This document shows, in pieces, positions 27,816 to 37,643 of a stretch of DNA of 58,023 nt. This DNA is from a virus (taxonomy: Duplodnaviria > Caudoviricetes). Below the pieces are notes generated by a model. That model saw only the letters and a program-made list of their open reading frames with translations. It was not told the DNA's origin and ran no database searches. Each line of letters starts with the position of its first letter. The stretch's first letter is position 1. Location of the stretch: IMG/VR virus record IMGVR_UViG_3300037478_000171, positions 1 to 58,023 of that record. One strand, 5' to 3'. Position numbers and translations under genes: made by a program.

Positions 27816-28046
27816 TGCCGTGTTAATGGAGACGCAAGTGAGTATCCGACGATTGTGTTCGGACTGTGGGGCGAATGCGCAACATGCCCGTCCGTTCGCT
27901 CAACACAGCGACGGGTTACTCGCCTATGTCTGTATGACCTGCTGGACGCTCTATGGATATGCCGAGTTCTTTAGCGAGGGTCGTCCGGTGCCAGCAGTGC
28001 AACGACCCTCGTATGGAGACACATCGCCCGGACGGAGGTCCTGCCA

Positions 28047-28769
28047 GTGAGTCGCGTTGCTCTGCTTTCTGGTTATTCGGAACAGGCAGCCCGAATTGTT
28101 TCCATTTTCAGTGCGTCTCCATCCGTTGGATCAAGGGAACTCATGGAAAAGTGGAGATGGCCGAACGGCGTCAGGTGCGAGGTTTGCCCAAGCGAGCGAG
28201 TCTTTAAACTGATCGGCAAAACGTCTAGCTACCGGCCTTCTCGAAGATCGATGTGGAAGTGCTCCGAATGTCGATCTCAATTCACCGTCACTGTGGCGAG
28301 CGTCATGCACGGTTCTCACGTGTCTCTTGAGAAGTGGATGGCATCAATTGAACTCGTCGCTCTTGGGCCATCAGTTTCAAGCCATGAGCTCAAGAGCTTG
28401 ATCGGATGCACCCAAAGGACGGCTCTAAATCTGGCTCGTCGCATGCGGCGTGGATTTAAGGATGGATGGTTCTGTGACGAGTACTTCTTTGAGCAAAAGA
28501 AGAACGAGCACGGAAAGTCCCTTCTCGACCACCTTCGCACGGTAGTACCGGCTGGCATTGACTCGAATCTTCGGAGCGACATCATCCAGGAGATCGCAGC
28601 GGCCATCCTTCTTGGCGAGTTGTCGAATCGGCCTTCTGGCAGCGACATCAAGGGCTTCATCTCCAGAGCCTATAAGCAGTTCGCTGACCGATTCGGAACA
28701 GTTTCGCTCAATCAGCCAATCGGTCGGGACGACGGACTGACTCTTGGTGAAGCAATGGGAATCTTCTAG
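28047..28769 (+). CDS. IS1595/ISXO2-type zinc-ribbon domain fused to a sigma-like C-terminus; no DDE domain
   Basis: RWPNGVRC..C...WKC..C..QFTVT..SVMHGSHVSL.KW; C-terminal SLNQPIGRDDGLTLGE; lower GC. Confidence 0.6.
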   Translation: MSRVALLSGYSEQAARIVSIFSASPSVGSRELMEKWRWPNGVRCEVCPSERVFKLIGKTSSYRPSRRSMWKCSECRSQFTVTVASVMHGSHVSLEKWMASIELVALGPSVSSHELKSLIGCTQRTALNLARRMRRGFKDGWFCDEYFFEQKKNEHGKSLLDHLRTVVPAGIDSNLRSDIIQEIAAAILLGELSNRPSGSDIKGFISRAYKQFADRFGTVSLNQPIGRDDGLTLGEAMGIF

Positions 28770-28785
28770 TGGAGGGCGTGTTCGC

Positions 28786-30474
28786 ATGAGTGACCCGACC
28801 TACCCGGCCTTCGTGACGCAGGAGTCGGCGCAGATCCGCACCCGCGTGCGCGAGGTCCACGGGCGAGAGCCGACGCCGTCCGAGTACGCGCACCATCACT
28901 GGCGGCGGCTGCACGACGGCTGGGGGCTCCAGTCGGTGCTCAGGGCCGTCGATCCGGCCGAGCCGCAGGTGCCCGAGCCTGACCGGTTCAGCCTTGACGT
29001 GAACGCCCAGGACGCCTCCACGGGCCTGCTCGTGCCTGGCGCGACCGTGCGGGTCAGCGGCGGCCCGAACGCGGGCGTGTCAGGCGTGACGACACCGGCC
29101 GGCTACGTGACGCTCAGGAACCTCATCGAGGGCACTCTGAATCTGTCGGTGGCGGCCGATGGCTACCGGCCCGGCGGCGACATCGTGCCGCTCACGCGCG
29201 ACCTGCTCGGCGCTGAGGGTGTGTTCCTCCAGCTTCAGCCAGGCACGGCTCGTCACGGGCTCGTGCGGGCGCAAGGCAAGGCGCTCGTCGATGACGCAGG
29301 CGAGTTTCAGGCGCTCTGTGCGAGCTTCTTCTGGTTCCTGTGGGGGTTGCGCGCGGACCGCGGCCGCACGATTCAGAACCTCGATGCTCTCACCGGTGTC
29401 GATGCGATCCGGTTCCTGTGCTGCGTAGGCGAGGCCGGGAATCCCGATCAGGACACGTGGTGGGACCGGACGGTAGACCCGACGTGGCCTGATTTTCAGG
29501 TTGTGCTCCGCGACGGATTCAGGCTCGTGGCCGCCCGCAACAAGCGGGTCATCGTCACGGTGTTCGGAGACGTGACGAGCCGCGTCCCGACACCGGCTGA
29601 TCGGCTCGCGCATCTGGACCGCGTGCTGGATGTGTGCCTGGAGTTCCCCGAGCAGATTCTGAACATCGGCGTGTCGAATGAAGGGATCGGCTTCGACGGC
29701 ACAGACGAGATCCTGGCATTGGTCCAGCGCGTGCGCGACCGCACGCCGTTTCTGGTGTCGTCCGTCTCGTCGCTCGACGAACCTCCTGCGACTCTGTTCG
29801 CTGGTCGCACCGACCGGAAGGTCACCGGAGACGGTGGTATCTGGGAACACACGGAACAGCCCTACGACCTGCGTGAAGCCAGCGTGGGGCCGGCTAGCGA
29901 CGAGGAGCCCATCGGGATCACGTCGTCCGTGGCAAATGACGACGACCCGCTCCGGCACGCCGCACATGCGGCGACGGCCTGGATCTGCGGGGCGCCGATC
30001 TACGTCATCCACACCGGGGCCGGGACGCGCGGTGGCGGCGATTGGGACGTGAACCCGCGGCCGGGCGCGTCCTATCCGCCGCGCGAGGCGAACTTTCTCG
30101 ACCAGCCGACGTTTGCGGAGACGGTACGGCTGTGCGGCATTGCGCGGGACTTCCTGCCGGCCGGTGTCAGCGGCTGGGGCAATTGGGCGCACAGCGACCC
30201 GAGCCACGAAGGGCGCTACCCGTTCCGAACAGGGCCGCTGCAACCATTCGATCCGTCCGGGTGGTTTCTCAAGACCTACTCGACGCGGCGCGGACAGGAC
30301 TACGCGCTGGTCGTGCTCAAGATCGAGCGCGATGTGCCACTCGAAGCGCCTGCGCCGATGACCTATCAACTCTCGGATCTGCGCGGCGGAACTCGCAGTG
30401 GACGGCTCGACACCGGCCAGCGGCTCATCGTGACCGAGCGCGGCGCGGTGGTGGTCGTGGGACGGTTTGAATAG
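28786..30474 (+). CDS. Protein with carboxypeptidase-regulatory-like beta domain and GH-like TIM barrel
   Basis: DA.TG..VPGATV...G...T...G...L.V.ADGY, then SNE and DEEPIG motifs. Confidence 0.55.
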   Translation: MSDPTYPAFVTQESAQIRTRVREVHGREPTPSEYAHHHWRRLHDGWGLQSVLRAVDPAEPQVPEPDRFSLDVNAQDASTGLLVPGATVRVSGGPNAGVSGVTTPAGYVTLRNLIEGTLNLSVAADGYRPGGDIVPLTRDLLGAEGVFLQLQPGTARHGLVRAQGKALVDDAGEFQALCASFFWFLWGLRADRGRTIQNLDALTGVDAIRFLCCVGEAGNPDQDTWWDRTVDPTWPDFQVVLRDGFRLVAARNKRVIVTVFGDVTSRVPTPADRLAHLDRVLDVCLEFPEQILNIGVSNEGIGFDGTDEILALVQRVRDRTPFLVSSVSSLDEPPATLFAGRTDRKVTGDGGIWEHTEQPYDLREASVGPASDEEPIGITSSVANDDDPLRHAAHAATAWICGAPIYVIHTGAGTRGGGDWDVNPRPGASYPPREANFLDQPTFAETVRLCGIARDFLPAGVSGWGNWAHSDPSHEGRYPFRTGPLQPFDPSGWFLKTYSTRRGQDYALVVLKIERDVPLEAPAPMTYQLSDLRGGTRSGRLDTGQRLIVTERGAVVVVGRFE

Positions 30475-30488
30475 GAGAGGGGCAATAC

Positions 30489-30623
30489 ATGACAGTCGTA
30501 TTTCTGCTCGCGCTTGCGGCGTTCGTCGCCGCCATCGCATCGGCTATCGGGAAGGCACCGCTCTGGGTGTCCGTGGTGCTGCTCTGCGTGATCGCGCTGT
30601 TGCAAAGCATTCCGCTGCGCTAG
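30489..30623 (+). CDS. 44-aa two-TM membrane peptide (below the ORF-track cutoff)
   Basis: GGAGAGG RBS; MTVVFLLALAAFVAAIASAIGKAPLWVSVVLLCVIALLQSIPLR. Confidence 0.6.
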   Translation: MTVVFLLALAAFVAAIASAIGKAPLWVSVVLLCVIALLQSIPLR

Positions 30624-30639
30624 GCGCAGGAGGTGGATC

Positions 30640-30963
30640 GTGGAATCAGACGCGGCGCTCGGCATTTCCGTGGTCGTATCGGCGTTCGTTCAGGTGATTA
30701 AGGCGACCGGCGTTGATCGGCAGAAGGGCGTGTGGCTGGCCGCTGCCGCGTCGCTCGTCGGCGTCGTGATCTACGCCGTCTCAACCGAACCGGTCTTCGA
30801 GCGCGGCCTGCTATGGGAGTATTTCGCGGCGTTCGGGATCGTGCTGCTGTCTGCGATGGGCACGTTCGGGCTGATCAAGCAGTCGCCGCAGATGGTGACG
30901 GACATCAAGGGCGCTGGAACGGCGCTCAAGGAAAGTCTCGGTACAGGTTCAGGAAAGGAGTAG
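30640..30963 (+). CDS. Holin-like three-TM protein
   Basis: GGAGG RBS; V...VQVIK, three hydrophobic helices, charged tail. Confidence 0.55.
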   Translation: MESDAALGISVVVSAFVQVIKATGVDRQKGVWLAAAASLVGVVIYAVSTEPVFERGLLWEYFAAFGIVLLSAMGTFGLIKQSPQMVTDIKGAGTALKESLGTGSGKE

Positions 30964-30967
30964 GCCG

Positions 30968-31384
30968 ATGCGCTACACACCCACCCCCACGCTCGTCGTG
31001 AACCGACTGGCGCTTGTCACGGCGCTCTCGCTCGTACTGATGGGGGCCTCATGCCCGCCTGCTGGTCTCGACCCCGAAACGCGCGCCGCCGCCTACGCGG
31101 AACGCATGGTGTCGCATCTGGTGGAACTCCAGAGCGCGACGATTGCAGCCAACGAACAGGGTCTCGTGACCGACCGCGATGCTGTCAACATCGTGAAGTT
31201 CACCACCTCATCCATCCGAACAGTGCAGGCGTCGCCCTACGGCTGGTTTCCGGCCGTGGATGCGGGGTTCCTCGAAGTGCAAAAGCTCGTACCTGCCGGC
31301 CAAGGGTCGTCGCTGGAAGCATCCTACGTGACGATCCGAGCCGTGCTCGAACTGATTCGGAGTGGAGGCGTCGATGCCAACTAA
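30968..31384 (+). CDS. Putative lipoprotein
   Basis: Hydrophobic leader ending LMGAS-C (lipobox-like). Confidence 0.5.
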   Translation: MRYTPTPTLVVNRLALVTALSLVLMGASCPPAGLDPETRAAAYAERMVSHLVELQSATIAANEQGLVTDRDAVNIVKFTTSSIRTVQASPYGWFPAVDAGFLEVQKLVPAGQGSSLEASYVTIRAVLELIRSGGVDAN

Positions 31385-31571
31385 CGCGCAGTGGTTGAAC
31401 GTGCTGATGACTCACATCGTCATTCCAGAACTCGCCCGCTGGTTGCAACGGCGTGGCGCGGACGACCCCCTACCGACCAGGGACGAGTACCTCGCACGCA
31501 TGAACGCCATCGCGGCGCCAGCCTTGGAGGCCGGCGACGAGTTCCTCCGTACCCATGGCGGTGAGGGGTAG
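31374..31571 (+). CDS. Hypothetical protein
   Basis: GGAGG RBS before ATG 31374. Confidence 0.45.
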   Translation: MPTNAQWLNVLMTHIVIPELARWLQRRGADDPLPTRDEYLARMNAIAAPALEAGDEFLRTHGGEG

Positions 31572-32037
31572 ACGGCCGATGCTGCTGGCGGCTGCGCTGG
31601 CCGGGTTGCTGGGGCCTGTGACGCCTGCTGTCCCGGCTCTGTCGCCAGCAGCCATCCACGCGGCCGTCCTGCCGCTCCAGCAGGCGGGTAGCGGACAGGA
31701 CGAGCCGACAGTCGAGCCGCGGACGGCGTCCCGTAGAGGGCTCCTGGCGGCTCGGGCGGCGGTCGTCGCGCAGATGGTCAGTTGTGGCACTGATTATGGG
31801 GTCACGATGTATGCGATGGGGACCGGCCAGTTCGAGGAGCAGCATCCGCTCTGGGCGTGGGCTGAACACCGGCCCGTGGCGATGGGCACGGTGAAGTTGG
31901 GCCTGTGCGCGGGCGTGTCGGCGCTGCTCCTGAAAGAACACCGGACGCATCCGTGGCGGACGGTCGCCATCGGCAGCGTGCTGACCGGTATGAGTGTCTG
32001 GGCCACGGCGCGCAATGCACGCGCGATTGGCCGGTAG
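31555..32037 (+). CDS. Hypothetical membrane/secreted protein
   Basis: Signal-like N-terminus, hydrophobic C-terminal helices. Confidence 0.5.
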   Translation: MAVRGRRPMLLAAALAGLLGPVTPAVPALSPAAIHAAVLPLQQAGSGQDEPTVEPRTASRRGLLAARAAVVAQMVSCGTDYGVTMYAMGTGQFEEQHPLWAWAEHRPVAMGTVKLGLCAGVSALLLKEHRTHPWRTVAIGSVLTGMSVWATARNARAIGR

Positions 32038-32137
32038 TTCGTCCGGGGTGCTGGCCGCTGGGCCCCGTCTGCCGCCCAAGTAAAGGCGGGGAATGGGTCA
32101 GCGCCTCGGGCGTTTGTGGAAAGTGGAGCGTAGAGAT

Positions 32138-34675
32138 ATGTTGCGTCGTTGGATCTTCCCGCTGGTGCTGGCGATCTTCGTCGGCGTGATGGTGTGGACC
32201 GTCCACATCGCAGGGCAGACGACGGTCATCGTCGAGGCCGACCGCGTGCGGATTGGCCCGACCGAGTGGGTGCCGCGCTGCCTCGGGGCGCCTGGATGTA
32301 TCGAGGTTGGCGCAGGCGAGACCCTGACGGTCCCGGCCGGGCGCATGGACGTGACAACCGCGCTCGTGCTCCCCGGCGGCGCGCTGGACCGGCAGTGCGG
32401 CTCTGAAGTCGTCATCAGCGACGTGCCGATTGACACGGGGTCGGACCCGTTCCAGTGGAGCCACGGCATCGTCAACTTCGGCACGCATCGGTCGGTCTGC
32501 GCCTACAAGGCGCCGTTCGTGGAGCTGGCTGAGGACGCCCAGGCCGGCGCGACGAGTCTGACGCTGGCCGAGGTGCCTGTCGGCTGGGTGCTCGGAGACG
32601 AACTGCTGCTGCCGGACATGCGGCAGATCGGCGCGTTCAACAGCTCGACGCCGCCGAACCGCGAACCGGGCGTGACGATTGCCGGGTTGTCAGGGACGAG
32701 CCTCACGCTCTCGGCGCCGCTCACCTACGCGCACCTGTCCATCCGCGACCCGGACGGCGGCCTCGTGCTCAGGCCTCGGGTGGCGAACCTCACGCGCGAC
32801 ACGATCATTCGCTCGGAGAACCCGACTGGCACGCGCGGCCACACCGTGAACATCGGCGCGGATGCCTCGTGGGACGTGCAAGGCACGACCTACATAGGTA
32901 TGGGTAGGACGCGCAATGCGGTCCGGGACAACACCAGCGCCGACCTGAGCCACATCGGCACGAACCAGATCGGCAAGTACGCGGACCACGACCATCAGGC
33001 CGGCAGCAGCCTCGCCGTGCGCCGGTCGGTGGGTAACGTGTACTCGGAGGGGCAGAGCATCTCGTGGGCCAAGGCGATCCACGGCACGCACGACACCATC
33101 GTCGAGGACAACGTGTGCGTGGACTTCGACGGCTCCTGCTTCGTGACGGAGGACGGGCCGGAGATACGTAACGTGGTCCGGGGCAACGTCGCAGCCTTCG
33201 TGACGGGAAACGGCAAAGAGGCGCGTCAGAACGTCCAGAACGGCTGCCCTGGCTGTGAAGGGTCCGGCTTCTGGTTCCGTGGGTTGCACAACGTCATCGA
33301 AGGCAACGAGGCGTGGAACAGCGCGGTCGGCATCAACGTCTTCAGCCAGTTCACGACGAACGCCCAGGTGCCGAGTGAGCCTGGCGGCGCACCGGACACC
33401 GCGTTCAACGCGAACGATGCCGTGCCGATCTCGTTCGCTCGCAACGTCACGCTGTCGAATGCCCTTATCGGGCTCGAATACTGGGGTGCGCGTCCCTTTC
33501 CAGCCGTGGACCACATCAGCGCGCACAACCGAAACTCGCAGGTCTGGGGCGCGCAGTTGGAGGGCAACAACATCCACCTCGTGAATCCGCGCCTCATCGC
33601 CAGTACTGACCGTGGCGATTGCATCCGGGCGAGTGCGGCCTACCTGGAGTCGATCACGATTGAGGGCGGCGAACTCCGTGGCTGCAACATCGGCATCAGC
33701 GGCGGCATGGCCAGCCAGTCGGTGCTGCTGACAGACGTGCTGATGCAGGCGAAGGAGAACATCATCTACGCCTCGCTCGACAAGCCGGCATCGGCTGTGT
33801 TCGAGCGCGTGCTGCATCTTCAGCTTGGCGCGAATCCGAAGAAGTACATCCGATACGGCGATGGGTCCGTGTGGCAGCCGGGGACGCCGGTGCCGAAGTT
33901 TGGTTTCTTCGACTGGTATCAGCATCGCGGCGGCCGACACGAGATCCGGGACTGGCAGGGCACGGGGATCGACTACGTGCTCATGGCTAATCAGCAGAAG
34001 CGCAGCACGGCGGCGTGGCCGACGAGCGCGACTGGCTCGCTGACGAATCGGTTCTTCGTCCCGGTCGAAGGTCTCACGATGGGGCAGGCGTGGGACCAGT
34101 ACGGCATGGCCTTCGAGGGCGACGTGGTGAACGACGGCGATCTGATTCCGCTGGAGGGCGTCTCGGGGGGCGGGGGGCGGCTGGGACTGGCGCGGATGCT
34201 TGGGCTGCCGCGTGCCGTGATGACGCTGCCGAACATGCTGGCACCGTGTGCCGTGACGCTCATCAGTGGGCAGCCGGGATGTGAGCTTTTCCTGATGCGG
34301 ACCGGCATCGTGGGTGCGGCGACTAACAGCATCTGGATCAGCATCGACGGCGGCGCACCGGCCGAGGTGGCACAGGTGAGCGCGGGGGATCTGCTGCGCT
34401 ACGTCAGCCGCGTCGTGTCTGACGGCACGCACGAGGTGCGGGCGTGGCGGCAGTATGCAGACGGGACGCAGATTGTCGGCAGTGAGGCGACGTTCCAGTA
34501 CTTCGTTGGCACGGCTGCACCACCACCGCCTCCACCTCCTCCGCCACCGCCTCCGCCTGACCCTGTGGACTGCACATGGCTGGATGCAGTCGTGATTCCG
34601 TGGCCGTCCGATGCGCGGGTCACGAGCGTGACGATCACGGACAACACCGGCTGTTCGCGTACGGTAGTGAAGTAG
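32138..34675 (+). CDS. Signal-peptide-bearing beta-helix (G8/pectin-lyase-like) protein with polyproline linker
   Basis: MLRRWIFPLVLAIF leader; GW..GD.L, VANLTR, IHGTH...EDN, EDG.E..N, GSGFWFRG; long Pro run near C-terminus. Confidence 0.7.
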   Translation: MLRRWIFPLVLAIFVGVMVWTVHIAGQTTVIVEADRVRIGPTEWVPRCLGAPGCIEVGAGETLTVPAGRMDVTTALVLPGGALDRQCGSEVVISDVPIDTGSDPFQWSHGIVNFGTHRSVCAYKAPFVELAEDAQAGATSLTLAEVPVGWVLGDELLLPDMRQIGAFNSSTPPNREPGVTIAGLSGTSLTLSAPLTYAHLSIRDPDGGLVLRPRVANLTRDTIIRSENPTGTRGHTVNIGADASWDVQGTTYIGMGRTRNAVRDNTSADLSHIGTNQIGKYADHDHQAGSSLAVRRSVGNVYSEGQSISWAKAIHGTHDTIVEDNVCVDFDGSCFVTEDGPEIRNVVRGNVAAFVTGNGKEARQNVQNGCPGCEGSGFWFRGLHNVIEGNEAWNSAVGINVFSQFTTNAQVPSEPGGAPDTAFNANDAVPISFARNVTLSNALIGLEYWGARPFPAVDHISAHNRNSQVWGAQLEGNNIHLVNPRLIASTDRGDCIRASAAYLESITIEGGELRGCNIGISGGMASQSVLLTDVLMQAKENIIYASLDKPASAVFERVLHLQLGANPKKYIRYGDGSVWQPGTPVPKFGFFDWYQHRGGRHEIRDWQGTGIDYVLMANQQKRSTAAWPTSATGSLTNRFFVPVEGLTMGQAWDQYGMAFEGDVVNDGDLIPLEGVSGGGGRLGLARMLGLPRAVMTLPNMLAPCAVTLISGQPGCELFLMRTGIVGAATNSIWISIDGGAPAEVAQVSAGDLLRYVSRVVSDGTHEVRAWRQYADGTQIVGSEATFQYFVGTAAPPPPPPPPPPPPPDPVDCTWLDAVVIPWPSDARVTSVTITDNTGCSRTVVK

Positions 34676-35410
34676 ATGGCAGTTAGCTGGGACGCGATCA
34701 CGTATCACACCGGCGGCAGTGTCGGGGCCGGTACGATCTCGTGGACGCACACGCCTTCGGGGACGCCAAGCGCGGCGACAATCTCGCTTCGCAAGACCGG
34801 GGCCGGCCAGATCACTGGCGTGACCTACGGCGGCACGGCGATGACCCGGATCGTCCAAGAAGGGACCGGGAACCCCAAGACCGAAATCTGGGGACTGGCG
34901 ACGGTCGCGTCTGGCGCGCAGACCGTCGTGGTCACGACAGATGGCTCCGCGACCATCTTTGCGTACTCGCAATCATGGACTGGGACGCACCTCACCACCG
35001 CGTCCTGCTTCACCTCCCCGCAATCGGATTCAGGCGGCGTAGCGGCTGGCACGTCCACGCTGACCGTGACGAGCGCCGCCGACGATCTCGTCACGGACTT
35101 CGTCAGACTCGGCACCAGCCCAAGCACCGACAAAGTGATGGATCCTGGCACGGGGCAGACCGAGCGCGGAGAGAACTTTGAGTCTGGCCCTACTATCAAC
35201 ATCGCGGCGAGCACGAAGCCAGGGGCCGCGTCCGTGGAGATGAGCTACGGATGGGCCACCAGCACGAACGTGGACGGGTGGGGCTACGTCGCCTGCAACA
35301 TCGTTCAGGCGGCGGCTGGTGGTGGCGGGCGGATCTTCAAGTTAGCGGGCGAGGGCGGCGGGTTGACCGGTCCCTCGCGCGGGTTAGCGGCTCGGCGCAT
35401 TCATGGGTGA
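34676..35410 (+). CDS. Thr/Gly-rich beta protein, probable virion/fibre component
   Basis: ISWTHT, VTYGG.AMT pattern; context. Confidence 0.5.
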   Translation: MAVSWDAITYHTGGSVGAGTISWTHTPSGTPSAATISLRKTGAGQITGVTYGGTAMTRIVQEGTGNPKTEIWGLATVASGAQTVVVTTDGSATIFAYSQSWTGTHLTTASCFTSPQSDSGGVAAGTSTLTVTSAADDLVTDFVRLGTSPSTDKVMDPGTGQTERGENFESGPTINIAASTKPGAASVEMSYGWATSTNVDGWGYVACNIVQAAAGGGGRIFKLAGEGGGLTGPSRGLAARRIHG

Positions 35411-35416
35411 CGACTG

Positions 35417-37444
35417 ATGTATCACGGCGATGTGCGTTTGGAATCAACGGTTGACCTGAAGTTCACCACGCGCCGATTTTCCACAGGTGCGCCGTTCGCG
35501 CTGGCGAGCGGGGTCATTTCCGCCTACATCGACAACGGCACGACACAGCTCACCGCGGGCATCACGCTCACGGCCGACTTCGACGGCGTGACGGGGCTGA
35601 ACAATGTGCGAGTCGTTGCGACAACGGCCAACGGCTACGCCGCCGGGACGAACGTGCAACTCGTCATCACGACCGGAACCGTGGACAGCGTGTCGGTCGT
35701 CGGGGAGGTCATAGGCAGTTTCTCCATTGAAGCGCGCTCGGCGCTGATGCCGACCGTGGCGGACCGCAGGGTCGATGTGACGGCGACCGGCGCGGCCGGG
35801 GTCGATTGGGCCAACATCGAGAACCCCACGACAGCGCAGAATCTCTCGGGGACGAACATCGACGTTGATCAGGTCGTCGCGTCGGTGACTGGCGCAGTCG
35901 GCTCCGTCACGGCCGGCGTCACGCTCGCAGCCTCTACGCTCTTTGCCGGCATAACGTCGCTGGCCGAATGGCTCGGAGCACTGGCGGGCAAGCAGACGGC
36001 TGATACCACGGCCCGCACGGAGATCCGGGCGACCGGCGCCGGATCTGGCACGTTCGACGAGACGGCCGATTCACAGGAAGCCATCAGGGACAATCAGCAG
36101 ACGGCCGCCGCGGCCGCACTCACGGCCTACGATCCGCCGACGAAGGCGGAACTCGACGCCACCGTGGCCCCCTTGGCGCTCGAAACGACCGCACAGGATG
36201 TGCTGACGGACACAGCCGAGATTGGGGCAGCCGGGGCCGGACTCACCGAAGCAGGCGGCACCGGCGACCACTTGGCGGCCCTGCCGTGGAACGCCGCCTG
36301 GGACGCCGAAGTGCAGTCGGAAGTGCAGGACGGCATCGAAGTGAACCATCTGGACCACCTGCTGGCGGTCACCTACGACCCTGCCGCGAAGCCCGGCGTC
36401 GCTGACGCGCTCCTGAACGAACTGGTGGAAAGCGACGCGGGTGTCTCGCGCTACACCGCCAACGCGCTGGAACAGGCACCAAGCGGCTCAGCGCCAACCG
36501 CCGGCGAGGTGGCCGATGCGGTCTGGGATGAGACGCTGGCCGATCATCTCGGCGCCGGCAGCACGGGCGAAGCCCTGAACGCCGCTGGGGCGGCCGGTGA
36601 CCCCTGGGTGACCGCGTTGCCTGGGGCGTATGGCGCCGGGTCGGCTGGCAAGATCGTGGGCGACAACATCAACGCGACCATTGACAGCCGGTCCAGCCAT
36701 AGCGCTGCTGATGTCTGGGCAGCCGCGACGCGCACCCTGACGAGCTTTGGCACCCTAACAACGGACACGGCCACCGCGGTCTGGGCGGCCGGCACGCGCA
36801 CGCTGACAGCCTTCGATGCGGCGTTCAAGACGGGGTATGCCCTGTCGGCGGCTGGGGTGCAGGCGATCTGGGATGCGCTGACGGCCGCGCTGACGACCGC
36901 CGGCAGCATCGGCAAACTGCTCGTCGATAACGTGAACGCGACGATCTCGAGTCTGGCGAGCCAAGCGAGCGTCGATGCGCTGAACGATCTCTCGACAGCC
37001 GACGTGAAGGGGCAAGCCGATCAGGCGCTAGTCGATGTCGGACTCACGACCACCATCACGGGGCGGATCGACGCAGCGATCACCAGTCGCGCCTCGGCCG
37101 TCGATCTCGCCACGGTGGACGGTATCGCCGATGCGATCAAGCTCGTCACCGACGCGCTGACCGAAGCCTCAGCCACGAAGCTGGCGGCAAGCGCTGGCGT
37201 CATCGTGCTCGGCACGGTGGACACGACCGGTTTCGCGCCGACCACGACCGAGTTCGAGGCCGACGACATCACGGAGGCGACGGCCGACCACTACATCGGG
37301 CGGGTGATCATCTTCCGCACGGGCGCGCTGGCGTTCCAGGCGACGAAGATCACCGACTACGCGCTGAGCAGTGGCCGGGCACACTTTACCGTGGTGGCGT
37401 TGACGGAAGCTGCCGGCAATGACGATACCTTCGTGATCGTGTGA
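35417..37444 (+). CDS. Ala/Thr-rich repetitive virion (fibre-like) protein
   Basis: Repeated VW..(A)TRTLT and AGS.GK..VDN.NATI units. Confidence 0.55.
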   Translation: MYHGDVRLESTVDLKFTTRRFSTGAPFALASGVISAYIDNGTTQLTAGITLTADFDGVTGLNNVRVVATTANGYAAGTNVQLVITTGTVDSVSVVGEVIGSFSIEARSALMPTVADRRVDVTATGAAGVDWANIENPTTAQNLSGTNIDVDQVVASVTGAVGSVTAGVTLAASTLFAGITSLAEWLGALAGKQTADTTARTEIRATGAGSGTFDETADSQEAIRDNQQTAAAAALTAYDPPTKAELDATVAPLALETTAQDVLTDTAEIGAAGAGLTEAGGTGDHLAALPWNAAWDAEVQSEVQDGIEVNHLDHLLAVTYDPAAKPGVADALLNELVESDAGVSRYTANALEQAPSGSAPTAGEVADAVWDETLADHLGAGSTGEALNAAGAAGDPWVTALPGAYGAGSAGKIVGDNINATIDSRSSHSAADVWAAATRTLTSFGTLTTDTATAVWAAGTRTLTAFDAAFKTGYALSAAGVQAIWDALTAALTTAGSIGKLLVDNVNATISSLASQASVDALNDLSTADVKGQADQALVDVGLTTTITGRIDAAITSRASAVDLATVDGIADAIKLVTDALTEASATKLAASAGVIVLGTVDTTGFAPTTTEFEADDITEATADHYIGRVIIFRTGALAFQATKITDYALSSGRAHFTVVALTEAAGNDDTFVIV

Positions 37445-37445
37445 C

Positions 37446-37640
37446 ATGCCGGATCTGACTGGCGCGACGACGCAACTCCAGCCCGGCGGGTGGCCTGGTC
37501 AGGTCTACGGGGACTTCGCCGGGAAGACGCCGGCGGCCATCGTGGCGGCTGAGGCCATTACGATCGAGATCCCAGCCGTGGACCGGCTGGTTGCGATCCC
37601 GGCGGTTGATCGGGTGTTCGAGATTCCGAGCGTGGAGTGA
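37446..37640 (+). CDS. Small hypothetical protein with IPAVDR repeats
   Basis: IPAVDRLVAIPAVDRVFEIP. Confidence 0.5.
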   Translation: MPDLTGATTQLQPGGWPGQVYGDFAGKTPAAIVAAEAITIEIPAVDRLVAIPAVDRVFEIPSVE

Positions 37641-37643
37641 CCC

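Noticed and set aside
28047-28769. Active IS1595 element
   Set aside because: No DDE domain, terminal inverted repeats or target duplication seen.
34519-34560. CCN-rich simple repeat as a phase-variation tract
   Set aside because: Mixed codons encoding a polyproline linker, not a perfect microsatellite.
32690-34972. 760-aa reverse-strand ORF (and similar long antisense ORFs such as 29080-30540 and 1164-2201)
   Set aside because: Arg/His-rich shadows of real forward genes, expected in high-GC DNA; no motifs or RBS.
35417-37444. Diversity-generating retroelement target
   Set aside because: No reverse transcriptase and no adenine-variable repeat pair; the repeats are at protein level.
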